Positions 51,715-60,497 of a DNA stretch of 64,000 bases are shown here, piece by piece. The translations under genes were made by a program, and so were the position numbers. The stretch is taken from positions 606 to 64,605 of the forward strand of contig JAPLFY010000105.1 in the NCBI GenBank assembly GCA_026390435.1. The letters are read 5' to 3'. Positions within the stretch are counted from its first letter, which is position 1. Each line of letters starts with the position of its first letter. This stretch comes from Pseudomonadota bacterium (GTDB taxonomy: Bacteria; Bdellovibrionota_B; Oligoflexia; Oligoflexales; CAIYRB01). The notes below the pieces were generated by a model. It did no database searches. It was given only the letters and a program-made list of their open reading frames with translations, and was not told the origin of the DNA.

Positions 51715-53031
51715 ATGGCTGACGAGCTCGGTGAACATGTGGCGTACCTCGAGTTACTCCAGGCTGTTCGCGAACATTTGAGTCTCGTAAACACAGCAAC
51801 CTACATCGGATCAAAGCCTCAAAACGTCGCGGGATGGGTTGCGACACAGTCCGTTCCGACGTTAAAGGATTTTCGTGCCCGTTTGGTGGAGTTGGCTTTT
51901 TACATCCGAGAGATTTTGCAGCGCCCGATGAAGCTCGGAGCCGACGCCCTCCACATACTTGAATCGATTTCACCGCAAATGCCGCCGTGGGGTATCACTA
52001 CTGCTACCAATACTCACCAAGACGACACGAAGGGGCAAGCAAAGCCAAGTCCAAATCCGGATCGATCCGGTGAGCGGGTTGCTCATTTATTGATAAGTAA
52101 TCTCCTTGAACTCGTACAAAATAGCATGGATACGTCCACCGAGATGCGGCGCCCAGCCTACACCTGGCAAAAGTTGGCTCTACTTCAGCAGCTCTTTGAT
52201 GATGAAAAGCAAAAACGCGCACGCAGCGAAAAAAGGGCTGCTCTTCCGCCAACCATAATGATTTGGGGGGAGAGCTGCGCTGGGAAGAGTACGCTGGCAA
52301 ATGCTCTACTCGGAGCGCCCATTTTTTCGTCCTCTCCGATACCTGAGCATGCTCGTCTGCACCAATTATCGTCTGAAGACCGTGTTTTGGCTGAAATCCC
52401 AGGTGTTGACGGCTTGCCTCCGTCCCCGGCAGATTGTCTACAGATCCTTCGGTATTTGCTGGCAAGTGAAGAAAGTACGGTGTTCTTGGTTATGTCGAGC
52501 GCCAGCTATCCGATGCTGGCACGGATCAAGTTGATTGAAGAATTGAGCCGGCTTCAGTGCAAGCTTAATTTAGTATTTAGTAAATTTGATCTTTATTCCG
52601 CGACAGAAGGGGAGCAGGTCAGCCGCTTTCTGCGCGGCAAGTTTTCTGGATCTAGAATTTTCATCTGTGGCTCCCAGTTTAACGATGACGCGATGCTTAA
52701 TGAATTGCGCTCAGCAGCTGGGCTAGTGGGTACAGATCGTCTGAAACTGGTTGCTGCCGCATCAGCTGATCGCGAGGCTGAATCGACAGTGGATCAGTTA
52801 AAGGACATCATCGAGCTGGTTAGGAAAGTCGGACGTGTGGCAAGTAAAGTTGATCTGCACGGCGAAGCGACCTTTAGTCAGATTGGACTTTCCAAGCCAC
52901 AGATTGGCGCGATTCTTCTTGAGGTTGAGGAAAAATTCTCCATCAAAATTCCTGATCGCGATGCGGACCAGGCACTGCGTGGGGATAGCACGCTCGCCTG
53001 GCTTTGCAATGTCGTTGTTTCTCTAAATTGA
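51715..53031 (+). CDS. P-loop GTPase-like protein with C-terminal acyl-carrier-protein-like domain
   Basis: G1 GESCAGKS, degenerate G3 EIPG, G4 SKFD; tail IGLSKPQIGAILLEVEEKFSIKIPDRDA. Confidence 0.6.
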   Translation: MADELGEHVAYLELLQAVREHLSLVNTATYIGSKPQNVAGWVATQSVPTLKDFRARLVELAFYIREILQRPMKLGADALHILESISPQMPPWGITTATNTHQDDTKGQAKPSPNPDRSGERVAHLLISNLLELVQNSMDTSTEMRRPAYTWQKLALLQQLFDDEKQKRARSEKRAALPPTIMIWGESCAGKSTLANALLGAPIFSSSPIPEHARLHQLSSEDRVLAEIPGVDGLPPSPADCLQILRYLLASEESTVFLVMSSASYPMLARIKLIEELSRLQCKLNLVFSKFDLYSATEGEQVSRFLRGKFSGSRIFICGSQFNDDAMLNELRSAAGLVGTDRLKLVAAASADREAESTVDQLKDIIELVRKVGRVASKVDLHGEATFSQIGLSKPQIGAILLEVEEKFSIKIPDRDADQALRGDSTLAWLCNVVVSLN

Positions 53032-53080
53032 ATCTTAACCGTGCATTACTTTAAGGTGAAGATGAAGGTGGGTAGAGTTT

Positions 53081-54232
53081 TTACTCAGTCATGATGGCAC
53101 CTCTAAGTGAGCCAGAGTTATTGTTCCACTGATAGATATCCATAACGGCAAAGTAAAGGCGAGTTGCTCCTTTAGGTACGATGATCCGATGGTATTCGCC
53201 GGTGCTGGTCCGCCCGTTGCCGATAAAGAACGTCTGTCCAAGCGTCGGATTCAAGGTGAAATAATCTCGTGCCGCCTGCGTAGAGAAGTCCAGAGGTGAC
53301 GGTGCTAAAAATCCTGCGGGATCACCTTCGCCCAAAAACACTCCAATTAGGCTGTTAATCGGAGCTATGATATCCGACTTACCAAATGTCGCGCCTTTTT
53401 GATGGCTGACCATTTTATCAAGAGAACCATTTGCGTCTGTCGGAGCATCAACATTCGAGAAGGTGATAGCTCCACCCACGGAAAAGTAAATCGGCGCACC
53501 AACTTTCAAACAATCGCCGATGGGACTAACTAAAATCGGTGCATTTTGTGCGAATCTATCGGTAGGGGTTTGAGGGTCATAAGCAGTGATAATGTAGTCT
53601 AGTGAGCTGGCAACGGGTGATCCAGCAAAGTATGGATTAGACGTAGCCGGTACCAGGTAATTGGTGCTGCATGGCTTCACTGTCACCGTTGTTGAGGGTG
53701 TATTAGTAGTGTTGGTAGTCGTCGTAGTCGTGGTGATTTTCGTGTCGATGGACACATTTATTTTAATATTCATCGTCGGTGGTAGACCGCCTATAGGGGT
53801 GTTAGCCCCAGGCTGATCCGGTATTTTAGGTGCATTGGTCGAAGGTCCACCGTTACTACCGGGTCTCGGGAGATTGCCAAGGTTTTTAAATGGCGATCCA
53901 AATGGTCCGCCCAAGATCGATGGAACTAAACCGCCTAGCTTGTCCCATGGGTTACCCTCTGGAGCGTTGTCGGCAGTCTGGCTTCCTGCTTTGGATTCGC
54001 CATCGGTGAAGTTGACCGCGTCCGAGCCGGCACCCTTCGGGTCACTGGTGGTTGCATTTACTTTCTGCACATTTGCCGAGTTGCCGCCCTGGCTCCCGGA
54101 CTTACCGGGGCTATTAGCAGGATTTCGTGCATCAACATTTTGAGAACTGAATTCTGCTTTCCCGCATCCAGCGAGGGTTAAAGCCAGAGCAGTGCAAAAC
54201 ACTAAATGGTTAGAATCTAACGAGTCACGCAT
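53081..54232 (-). CDS. Lipoprotein with low-complexity linker and C-terminal lectin-like beta domain
   Basis: Lipobox LAGC; Thr-rich linker; SLIGVF...FFIG...VPKGATRLYF.VMD.YQWNNNSG; paralog of 59172..60269. Confidence 0.7.
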   Translation of the reverse strand: MRDSLDSNHLVFCTALALTLAGCGKAEFSSQNVDARNPANSPGKSGSQGGNSANVQKVNATTSDPKGAGSDAVNFTDGESKAGSQTADNAPEGNPWDKLGGLVPSILGGPFGSPFKNLGNLPRPGSNGGPSTNAPKIPDQPGANTPIGGLPPTMNIKINVSIDTKITTTTTTTNTTNTPSTTVTVKPCSTNYLVPATSNPYFAGSPVASSLDYIITAYDPQTPTDRFAQNAPILVSPIGDCLKVGAPIYFSVGGAITFSNVDAPTDANGSLDKMVSHQKGATFGKSDIIAPINSLIGVFLGEGDPAGFLAPSPLDFSTQAARDYFTLNPTLGQTFFIGNGRTSTGEYHRIIVPKGATRLYFAVMDIYQWNNNSGSLRGAIMTE

Positions 54233-54297
54233 GATGAGCCTCCAGTGGTGCGCCGGTTTTGCATTGGGTATGTCCCCCAATTGCTGACCTAGTGGGG

Positions 54298-54325
54298 CTA
54301 TCGGTAGTTGGTAAAATTAACTTTA
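54298..54325 (-). promoter_or_regulatory. sigma-28-type promoter
   Basis: Minus strand TAAAGTTA-N12-ACCGATAG. Confidence 0.75.
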
Positions 54326-54414
54326 ATAAAAAAATAACCAGTTATTTTGCGTAGGTCTAGGTGTGTCATCGTGGTTGGGCCTCAGTGGGACTCAAGGGAT
54401 GATGGGCGGGGCAC

Positions 54415-54441
54415 TCAAAAAAACGTCTGCGTGACCGATAA
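54415..54441 (+). promoter_or_regulatory. sigma-28-type promoter (weaker -35)
   Basis: TCAAAAAA-N11-ACCGATAA. Confidence 0.5.
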
Positions 54442-54451
54442 GTGATTGGGA

Positions 54452-55876
54452 ATGGTTTTAAAAATTGATGAGTTGCAGATGCAGTGGTGGCGAACATTAG
54501 AATTAAACTACGGCCGATTTTGGCGTCGCATATATCATTTAGGGTCCGGCGAATTGTCGCACGATGGGCAGGATATGGAAGCTTGGTCTTTGCGCCAATA
54601 CCAGGCTCTAGGTCCAGCTTTTACCAGAGTGGGAATACCGATTCTTACTGGCGCTGCTGTATCGATTTATTTGCTAGCGCCGGAGGAGTCTCGCCTCATT
54701 GATTCTTTTACATTTGTCTCGATGGCTCTGGCGATCCTATTGGGAAAATTCCGGAAAACGCGGAGATCAGCTTACTTCGTCATCACCGTTGTGGGGATCA
54801 TCGGAACTGCTTGGGGCTTGCATGAGTACCTAGCGGCACCTTCTGACATAGCCAAAGCAATGGCGGGTGCTGGCATGTATGCCGGGATAAGCACCGTGCT
54901 AATTCTGCTGTCGCGCTATTCAAATGGTGTGACGATGATTTTTTTCATGATTTACCTTACCACTGCATGGTGGATTCCTAACGGTCATCATACTCTCATC
55001 CAGCAAATCAACTGGCTGATGCTGCATCTTTATCTCGCAATTAGTTCAACATTTCTGCATATTTTAGCGGCTAGGCGGCAAAATGCCTACGTGGCTTCGG
55101 CTCTCGCTAAGGAGCACTTGGAAAAGCAGAACGATCAACTGCGCCGAACTGCGATCGTCAAAGAGCTTAGTATGGCGCGCCAGGTGCAGGAATTTCTCGA
55201 TCCTCAAATGATGCGCATGACGGGACGCTATGGCGAAGTTCGATGCTTTCAGACTCGTCATGAGGTGCTGGGTGGGGACTGGATGGGCATTCGTCGCCTT
55301 AGTTCCGGGGCATTAGTTATTGTGGTGGCTGATGTTACTGGAAAGGGGATTCCTGCAGCTATGGTTGCACAGGCAATTCATACGCTGTGGGTGCGGTGCG
55401 AAAGGGCGACTAGTTTTGATCCAGTCAGTTGGCTTTATGACGTGAATACGACTCTTTTGGAATTGGGGCGTCGTGAGCCGCATACCGCGACGTTGGGACT
55501 TGCCGTTCTTACCGAAGATAATCTTAGCTATTACTCATGCGGTCACGTTCCTCTAGTTTACGGCGAGAAAGTTGGCGAGCAAACCAAATTCAGAAATTTG
55601 GTCGCTACCGGCAATATTCTTGGATTTGGTGCAGATCTTGATTTGAAGCCGATGGTTCTATCCCTTGAAAATCGTCAATTCGAAAGCCTACTGTTAGGTA
55701 CTGATGGTGTTTTTAATCGAGAATCGCCGGCTCGATTGAGGAAGATGGGACAATTTATTGCTCGCCTTGCTACCGAAGGCGAAGCTGTGTTGAATGACAT
55801 CGCAGTGGCGGACGATAAGTTAATTATTTGGGTGGACCGCTCGGGCATTGTTCAACCCACGAGGGAAGCTGCATGA
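54452..55876 (+). CDS. Membrane-bound PP2C/SpoIIE-type Ser/Thr phosphatase
   Basis: TM N-terminus; ELSMARQVQ, GGDW, ADVTGKGIPAAM, GH.P, GTDG, DD. Confidence 0.9.
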   Translation: MVLKIDELQMQWWRTLELNYGRFWRRIYHLGSGELSHDGQDMEAWSLRQYQALGPAFTRVGIPILTGAAVSIYLLAPEESRLIDSFTFVSMALAILLGKFRKTRRSAYFVITVVGIIGTAWGLHEYLAAPSDIAKAMAGAGMYAGISTVLILLSRYSNGVTMIFFMIYLTTAWWIPNGHHTLIQQINWLMLHLYLAISSTFLHILAARRQNAYVASALAKEHLEKQNDQLRRTAIVKELSMARQVQEFLDPQMMRMTGRYGEVRCFQTRHEVLGGDWMGIRRLSSGALVIVVADVTGKGIPAAMVAQAIHTLWVRCERATSFDPVSWLYDVNTTLLELGRREPHTATLGLAVLTEDNLSYYSCGHVPLVYGEKVGEQTKFRNLVATGNILGFGADLDLKPMVLSLENRQFESLLLGTDGVFNRESPARLRKMGQFIARLATEGEAVLNDIAVADDKLIIWVDRSGIVQPTREAA

Positions 55877-57255
55877 GAGTATCAGCAAGCGCCCTAATGC
55901 TAAGACTCAAGAATTTTTTCTATAGCTTGGCTGTCAAAGATCATCCAGAAATTGAGGCCTACATCGACGAGTGGTCTCTACGTTATTATCATGCGCTTAA
56001 GCCAAGGGTAGCGCTTGCCCTTGTTAGTTTTTTGATTATAGGTGCCGTTTATTTGCTTTTATTCGCGTCACCGCCCATACGGGCCTATCTGCCGTACTTT
56101 TTACTTCTTTTAGCCGCACAAGGTTGCTGTTTCGTATGGCCCATCGTCCCGACATCTGTCCGTCTCAGTCTGGTTAATTTTATCATCCCACAAACCTTTA
56201 TTGTTGGGGGAGCTCTGTCTGTCTGGTCGTCGTTGCATGCACAAGGAGACACTGCTGATATCATGTATGCCGCTGCTGCTTACGTGGGTATCGGTGTAAC
56301 GATGGTGATCTTCACTCCCTTTCGCAACGGACTTCCATTTTTAACGGCACTATCCCATCTCAGTTTGAGTGTTTTAGTGTGGAGTTCCCATGCCGGATTC
56401 CGTGCCAGTCTCCCTTGGTTTCTGGTTATTTTGCATTTCGATTTATTTGCCCTACTATTCCAAGTTCTCTCATGCCGTCTTACCAAACGGCATGCTCAGA
56501 ACGAGCTGGTTCGCAGCAATTTAGCCATCCAAAATGAGCGACTAAAGGTAGATAGTTTAGAGCGAGACTTGAATGTTGCCAGGCAGGTCCAAGAGTCGCT
56601 AAGTGGTCATGTGGCCGATATTCAATCGTGCCACGGCAAGGTTCGGACCTTTCAGAAACGGCACGATATTTTGGGTGGCGATTGGCTGGGTGTGCGGGTA
56701 CTCGACTCAGGTGAGTTGATCATAGCTGTTGGCGATGTCAGTGGAAAGGGGATCCCTGCAGCCATGGTCGCGCAGGTGATGAACACGCTGTGGGCTCGTT
56801 CTCTCAAAGAGAAGCAATTTGATCCAGTAAGTTGGCTCGGGGAGTTGAATACGACGCTCCTAGATCTTGGACACTCCGAGCCCCACACAGCTTCGCTCGG
56901 TTTGGTTGTTGTCTCGGACAGTGAATTTACCTACTACTCTGCAGGCCACATACCTTTGTTATATCGTACGGCTTGCGGAGATCGGTTCGAATACTCGCGA
57001 CTGGTAGCGTCTGGGAATTTGCTCGGCATTAACGAGGATCTAGATTTAAGGCCTCTTAAAGCTGATCTACGCCAGCACGCGATTGAATCGATTTTTCTCG
57101 GAACCGATGGATGTTTTCACCGCGGTTCTAAGATGCGTCAGAAAGAGATGAGCGCTCTCGTTTCGCGTTTGCGAACTGAAGAAGACGATGCACTTTCCGA
57201 GTTACCAGAGCAGGACGATAAGTTACTGATTTGGGTACAACGACCCGCGGCCTAG
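55873..57255 (+). CDS. Membrane-bound PP2C/SpoIIE-type phosphatase (tandem paralog)
   Basis: GGDW, GDVSGKGIPAAM, AGH.P, GTDG, QDD; ATGA overlap with the upstream paralog. Confidence 0.9.
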   Translation: MRVSASALMLRLKNFFYSLAVKDHPEIEAYIDEWSLRYYHALKPRVALALVSFLIIGAVYLLLFASPPIRAYLPYFLLLLAAQGCCFVWPIVPTSVRLSLVNFIIPQTFIVGGALSVWSSLHAQGDTADIMYAAAAYVGIGVTMVIFTPFRNGLPFLTALSHLSLSVLVWSSHAGFRASLPWFLVILHFDLFALLFQVLSCRLTKRHAQNELVRSNLAIQNERLKVDSLERDLNVARQVQESLSGHVADIQSCHGKVRTFQKRHDILGGDWLGVRVLDSGELIIAVGDVSGKGIPAAMVAQVMNTLWARSLKEKQFDPVSWLGELNTTLLDLGHSEPHTASLGLVVVSDSEFTYYSAGHIPLLYRTACGDRFEYSRLVASGNLLGINEDLDLRPLKADLRQHAIESIFLGTDGCFHRGSKMRQKEMSALVSRLRTEEDDALSELPEQDDKLLIWVQRPAA

Positions 57256-57263
57256 AGGCTAAT

Positions 57264-58313
57264 TTACTGGACGACGCAGCCGCCTATATTCGAAAATAGG
57301 CCTTTCCAGACATTGGCCAGGGCATTGTCGTTTGCTGCCCTGTAATACCGACCGAAGTGATCGGGAAATAGCGTTGGCTTTTGTGGTTGAGCCATCGAGC
57401 TGACTTGGGACTCGCCAGAAGCTGGAACCTGAGGTCCAGCAGCTACCGCAATCATGGCCACCTTTTGTTCGTTTACTAATCTGTCAACAGCCCCTGAAAT
57501 AGCCGAGCTAGTGTCGATGTTAGGAAGTCCATCCGTGAGGAATACAGCATAATTACGCGCATTGTCGGAGTCGGGTTGCTGATTCACCTGATTGAAAAAT
57601 GTGAGTGAGTCAGCCAAAACAGGCGAATATGACGTGAAACCGAACGGATTAGATGTAGCGGTAATGATGTCTTGTTTGATCAACTCGACATTGGTTTTGT
57701 TGAGCAGCAACCAACCATGCGGCAACCTTATGGAGCTGGTGTTAAAGGAAAGTACGCTGATATAAATTCTAGCCTGCGGTTGCAGGGCTAGATAACTTTC
57801 CAGTTGGGCTAGGAATTGCAGCGCGCCAGACCGGCGTACTGTATTTGGATCCGTGGCGAGTTGCGACAGGGTTTTATCAAAGATGAATTGAATGTTGTAG
57901 TTAATTGCCGCCTGGTTAGGTCCGCATTTTTTTTGTTGATTACCTATGCCGCCAGGAGACGTTGAGCCGTCGCTGTTATTATTTGAAGAGGTGAACGCCC
58001 CTCCTCCGGGCCCTTGTCCCTGTCCTTGTCCCAGCCCTGGGTCTTGTCCCAGTCCTGATCCTTGACCTAGCTCTGGGCCCGAGCCCGCTGCGCCATCTGT
58101 GGCCACTCCGTCAAGGCCTTTGGGTTCGCCGTTGGGACCAGTTCCATTTGGGGCGAGGCCGTTAGGATCCAATCCACCGTTCAATCCCGCGCCATTGTTT
58201 TTGCCTGAGGTCGTATCGATCTTGCTGTTGAATCCAGCTGAATTGCAGGCAAGAGTGAGGCTGCTGAGTAGGATGGAAATCGCCAGTTTTTGCTTTGTTA
58301 TATGGTGTTCCAC
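57264..58313 (-). CDS. VWA-domain lipoprotein
   Basis: Lipobox TLAC; GQG repeats; MIDAS-like FIFDKTLS...T...FLTDGLPN. Confidence 0.8.
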   Translation of the reverse strand: MEHHITKQKLAISILLSSLTLACNSAGFNSKIDTTSGKNNGAGLNGGLDPNGLAPNGTGPNGEPKGLDGVATDGAAGSGPELGQGSGLGQDPGLGQGQGQGPGGGAFTSSNNNSDGSTSPGGIGNQQKKCGPNQAAINYNIQFIFDKTLSQLATDPNTVRRSGALQFLAQLESYLALQPQARIYISVLSFNTSSIRLPHGWLLLNKTNVELIKQDIITATSNPFGFTSYSPVLADSLTFFNQVNQQPDSDNARNYAVFLTDGLPNIDTSSAISGAVDRLVNEQKVAMIAVAAGPQVPASGESQVSSMAQPQKPTLFPDHFGRYYRAANDNALANVWKGLFSNIGGCVVQ

Positions 58314-58370
58314 TAGATGATCTCCAGTTTATGTATAGGGGCTAATCTGTTTCCGTCGTCAATGCGCTTT

Positions 58371-58892
58371 CTATTGATTCGCGGGCGCTTGGCCCGTTAC
58401 TCCGCCGGTTAGCGCGCCTAGGTTTCCGATGCCGCCAAGGCCGCCTAATAAGCTTCCTCCGCCGCCCAAAAGACCCGTGACACCGCTCAGTAATGAGGAG
58501 GCGGTGTTGGTTATGCCTCCCAATGAACCTATCCCGCCTAAGCCGCCCAAAAGTGATCCGCCACCAAGTGGGTTGCCACCGGCGCTGCCGCCTAGAAGAG
58601 AACCGGCACCAGAAACTGCTGTATCCGCCCCCGGAGCAGCCAACTGCGTTGGTGCTAGTGCAGTGGGGTTAGGTGACGGAGCCTCCACGGGCTGAACTGG
58701 GACGCTATCGGCGGTCGTCTTTTTTTTCGCCTTCGGTGCAGCCTCGGCTTCTACGGTTTTTGTATCTTCAGCTGCTGCGAGCGGTTTGCTGGGGAGGGGG
58801 GCAGGCTCAGGTGAGCCACAGCCTATCAATAACTGGGTTGCCATGGCCGCGGCGAACATCAAATATCCTTGCCGGATTTTAGCGATGTGCAT
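58371..58892 (-). CDS. Gly-rich lipoprotein
   Basis: Lipobox LIGC; Pro/Ala linker; SLLGG/GGLGG repeats. Confidence 0.7.
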   Translation of the reverse strand: MHIAKIRQGYLMFAAAMATQLLIGCGSPEPAPLPSKPLAAAEDTKTVEAEAAPKAKKKTTADSVPVQPVEAPSPNPTALAPTQLAAPGADTAVSGAGSLLGGSAGGNPLGGGSLLGGLGGIGSLGGITNTASSLLSGVTGLLGGGGSLLGGLGGIGNLGALTGGVTGQAPANQ

Positions 58893-58956
58893 GGTGGTCC
58901 CCTTACTGAGATTTAACGCCCTTAGCGCTTTATTGAGTTCTGAAATTACAAAAATC

Positions 58957-58984
58957 TTATCGGTATAACTTCGGAAAAACTTTA
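58957..58984 (-). promoter_or_regulatory. sigma-28-type promoter
   Basis: Minus strand TAAAGTTT-N12-ACCGATAA. Confidence 0.85.
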
Positions 58985-59118
58985 ATCGAAAGCTAAAATG
59001 TAATGTTTTTAATTGGTTGGCTGGGTCTGCTCGGGCACTTTCAGCGGGGTTCGTTGGAAAGAATGCCGAAACTACCTTCGGCGTGATTTCGTCTTATCTA
59101 GATTTCCGAATAAAAAAC

Positions 59119-59145
59119 TAAAGAAAAACGTAAAAATGCCGATGA
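59119..59145 (+). promoter_or_regulatory. sigma-28-type promoter
   Basis: TAAAGAAA-N11-GCCGATGA. Confidence 0.75.
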
Positions 59146-59171
59146 GTATATCGAATCGTATTTAGTGGGAG

Positions 59172-60269
59172 ATGGCAAACATGACTAGATTCAGAATTCC
59201 GTCCGGCAACGCATTCGGTAGATCCCTAAATAATCAGGCTCTCACCATACCTATATCTTATCTAGGTTTAGTGGGGCTGGCCTTGACCTTGACACTAACC
59301 ATGTCCTGTAAAGATGCCGCATTTGGTGGCGGATCGCGAACAGTACAGAATCAAAACAGTAGGTCCGAGGGAGGAACGACTACTAAGCCGTCAAGTGGCC
59401 GTGGCACTTTATCACAGCCACCTGCAGCCCGGGACGTGGATTCAAACGAGCCTAACCAAATTACAGGTTTAAATAATGGTGGAACCACTCCGACGCTCGG
59501 TGGTCCCTCGTTTATTCAATCCGTCGTCAATGGCATCAACTCTATCGCCACGAATGCCATTCCTCCAGCATTCGCTAACGGTCCAGCCAACAATGGCGGC
59601 ACGGATGCCAGTGGGAATCAACCTGGCGAAAACAATGACACGATAACGTACGCGCAACCTGGACTTTCTCCATGCAGCGTGATGCATCAAGTTCCCGGAA
59701 CAGCTAACCCCTACTTAGCCGGAGTCTCGTACGGCACGTCCATAACCTATGATATCAGCAAAGGCGGCGGTCCAGATCCCTTAGATACGACGTCCAAAGA
59801 CTATCCGGTACTTGTCCAGACAAATGGCAATTGCATTTCTGAGGGTAAAACTTTGGTGTTTAAAGTTCGTGGATTAATCACCTACGACAGAAGTGTTGCT
59901 GCCGTAAATGCCAACGGTAAAATCTTGCAAACCGTGTCCCATCAAAAAGGCCCATATTTGGGTAAAGCGAATATCACTGCGCCTTACTGCGCCTTGCTCG
60001 GTGTTTTCGTGGGAGACGCGGACCCTACGAATAATACCCCGCCAGCTGCTCTAGATTTTTCGACACCCGCCGCTCGCGACTACGTGAATATGACTCCGGT
60101 ACTAGGCCAAATATTTTTTATAGGAACAGGAATAACCAGCAAAGGGTCCTTCCACCAGATTATTGTTCCGACAGGAGCCAAACGTTTATTTTTAGGTGTG
60201 ATGGATAGTCACCAATGGAATAACAACCTTGGTGGGTTGAACGCTCAAATCTTTGGGTTAACAAATTAG
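59172..60269 (+). CDS. Lipoprotein with C-terminal lectin-like beta domain
   Basis: Lipobox TMSC; VPGTANPYLAG...ALDFSTPAARDY...FFIG...MDSHQWNNN. Confidence 0.7.
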   Translation: MANMTRFRIPSGNAFGRSLNNQALTIPISYLGLVGLALTLTLTMSCKDAAFGGGSRTVQNQNSRSEGGTTTKPSSGRGTLSQPPAARDVDSNEPNQITGLNNGGTTPTLGGPSFIQSVVNGINSIATNAIPPAFANGPANNGGTDASGNQPGENNDTITYAQPGLSPCSVMHQVPGTANPYLAGVSYGTSITYDISKGGGPDPLDTTSKDYPVLVQTNGNCISEGKTLVFKVRGLITYDRSVAAVNANGKILQTVSHQKGPYLGKANITAPYCALLGVFVGDADPTNNTPPAALDFSTPAARDYVNMTPVLGQIFFIGTGITSKGSFHQIIVPTGAKRLFLGVMDSHQWNNNLGGLNAQIFGLTN

Positions 60270-60346
60270 AATCGGTGTTGGTGGTCTCGCAATGCTGCGT
60301 AGTATGAAGTAATAAAAGGGAGGAGTAAAATTTTTTTGTGAAAAAC

Positions 60347-60373
60347 TAAAGTCTTCGCAATTAAATCCGATAT
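60347..60373 (+). promoter_or_regulatory. sigma-28-type promoter
   Basis: TAAAGTCT-N11-TCCGATAT. Confidence 0.7.
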
Positions 60374-60497
60374 AGGAACTGTCAGAAAAGGATAAAAAGT
60401 TTGCTTTGGGCATTGTGGTGCGGGTGGAAAGTATTTGGCGCGATAGAGAGTTGCAATCTTTCGTACCTAACACAATATCTTTTTTAAGAGTACCACC

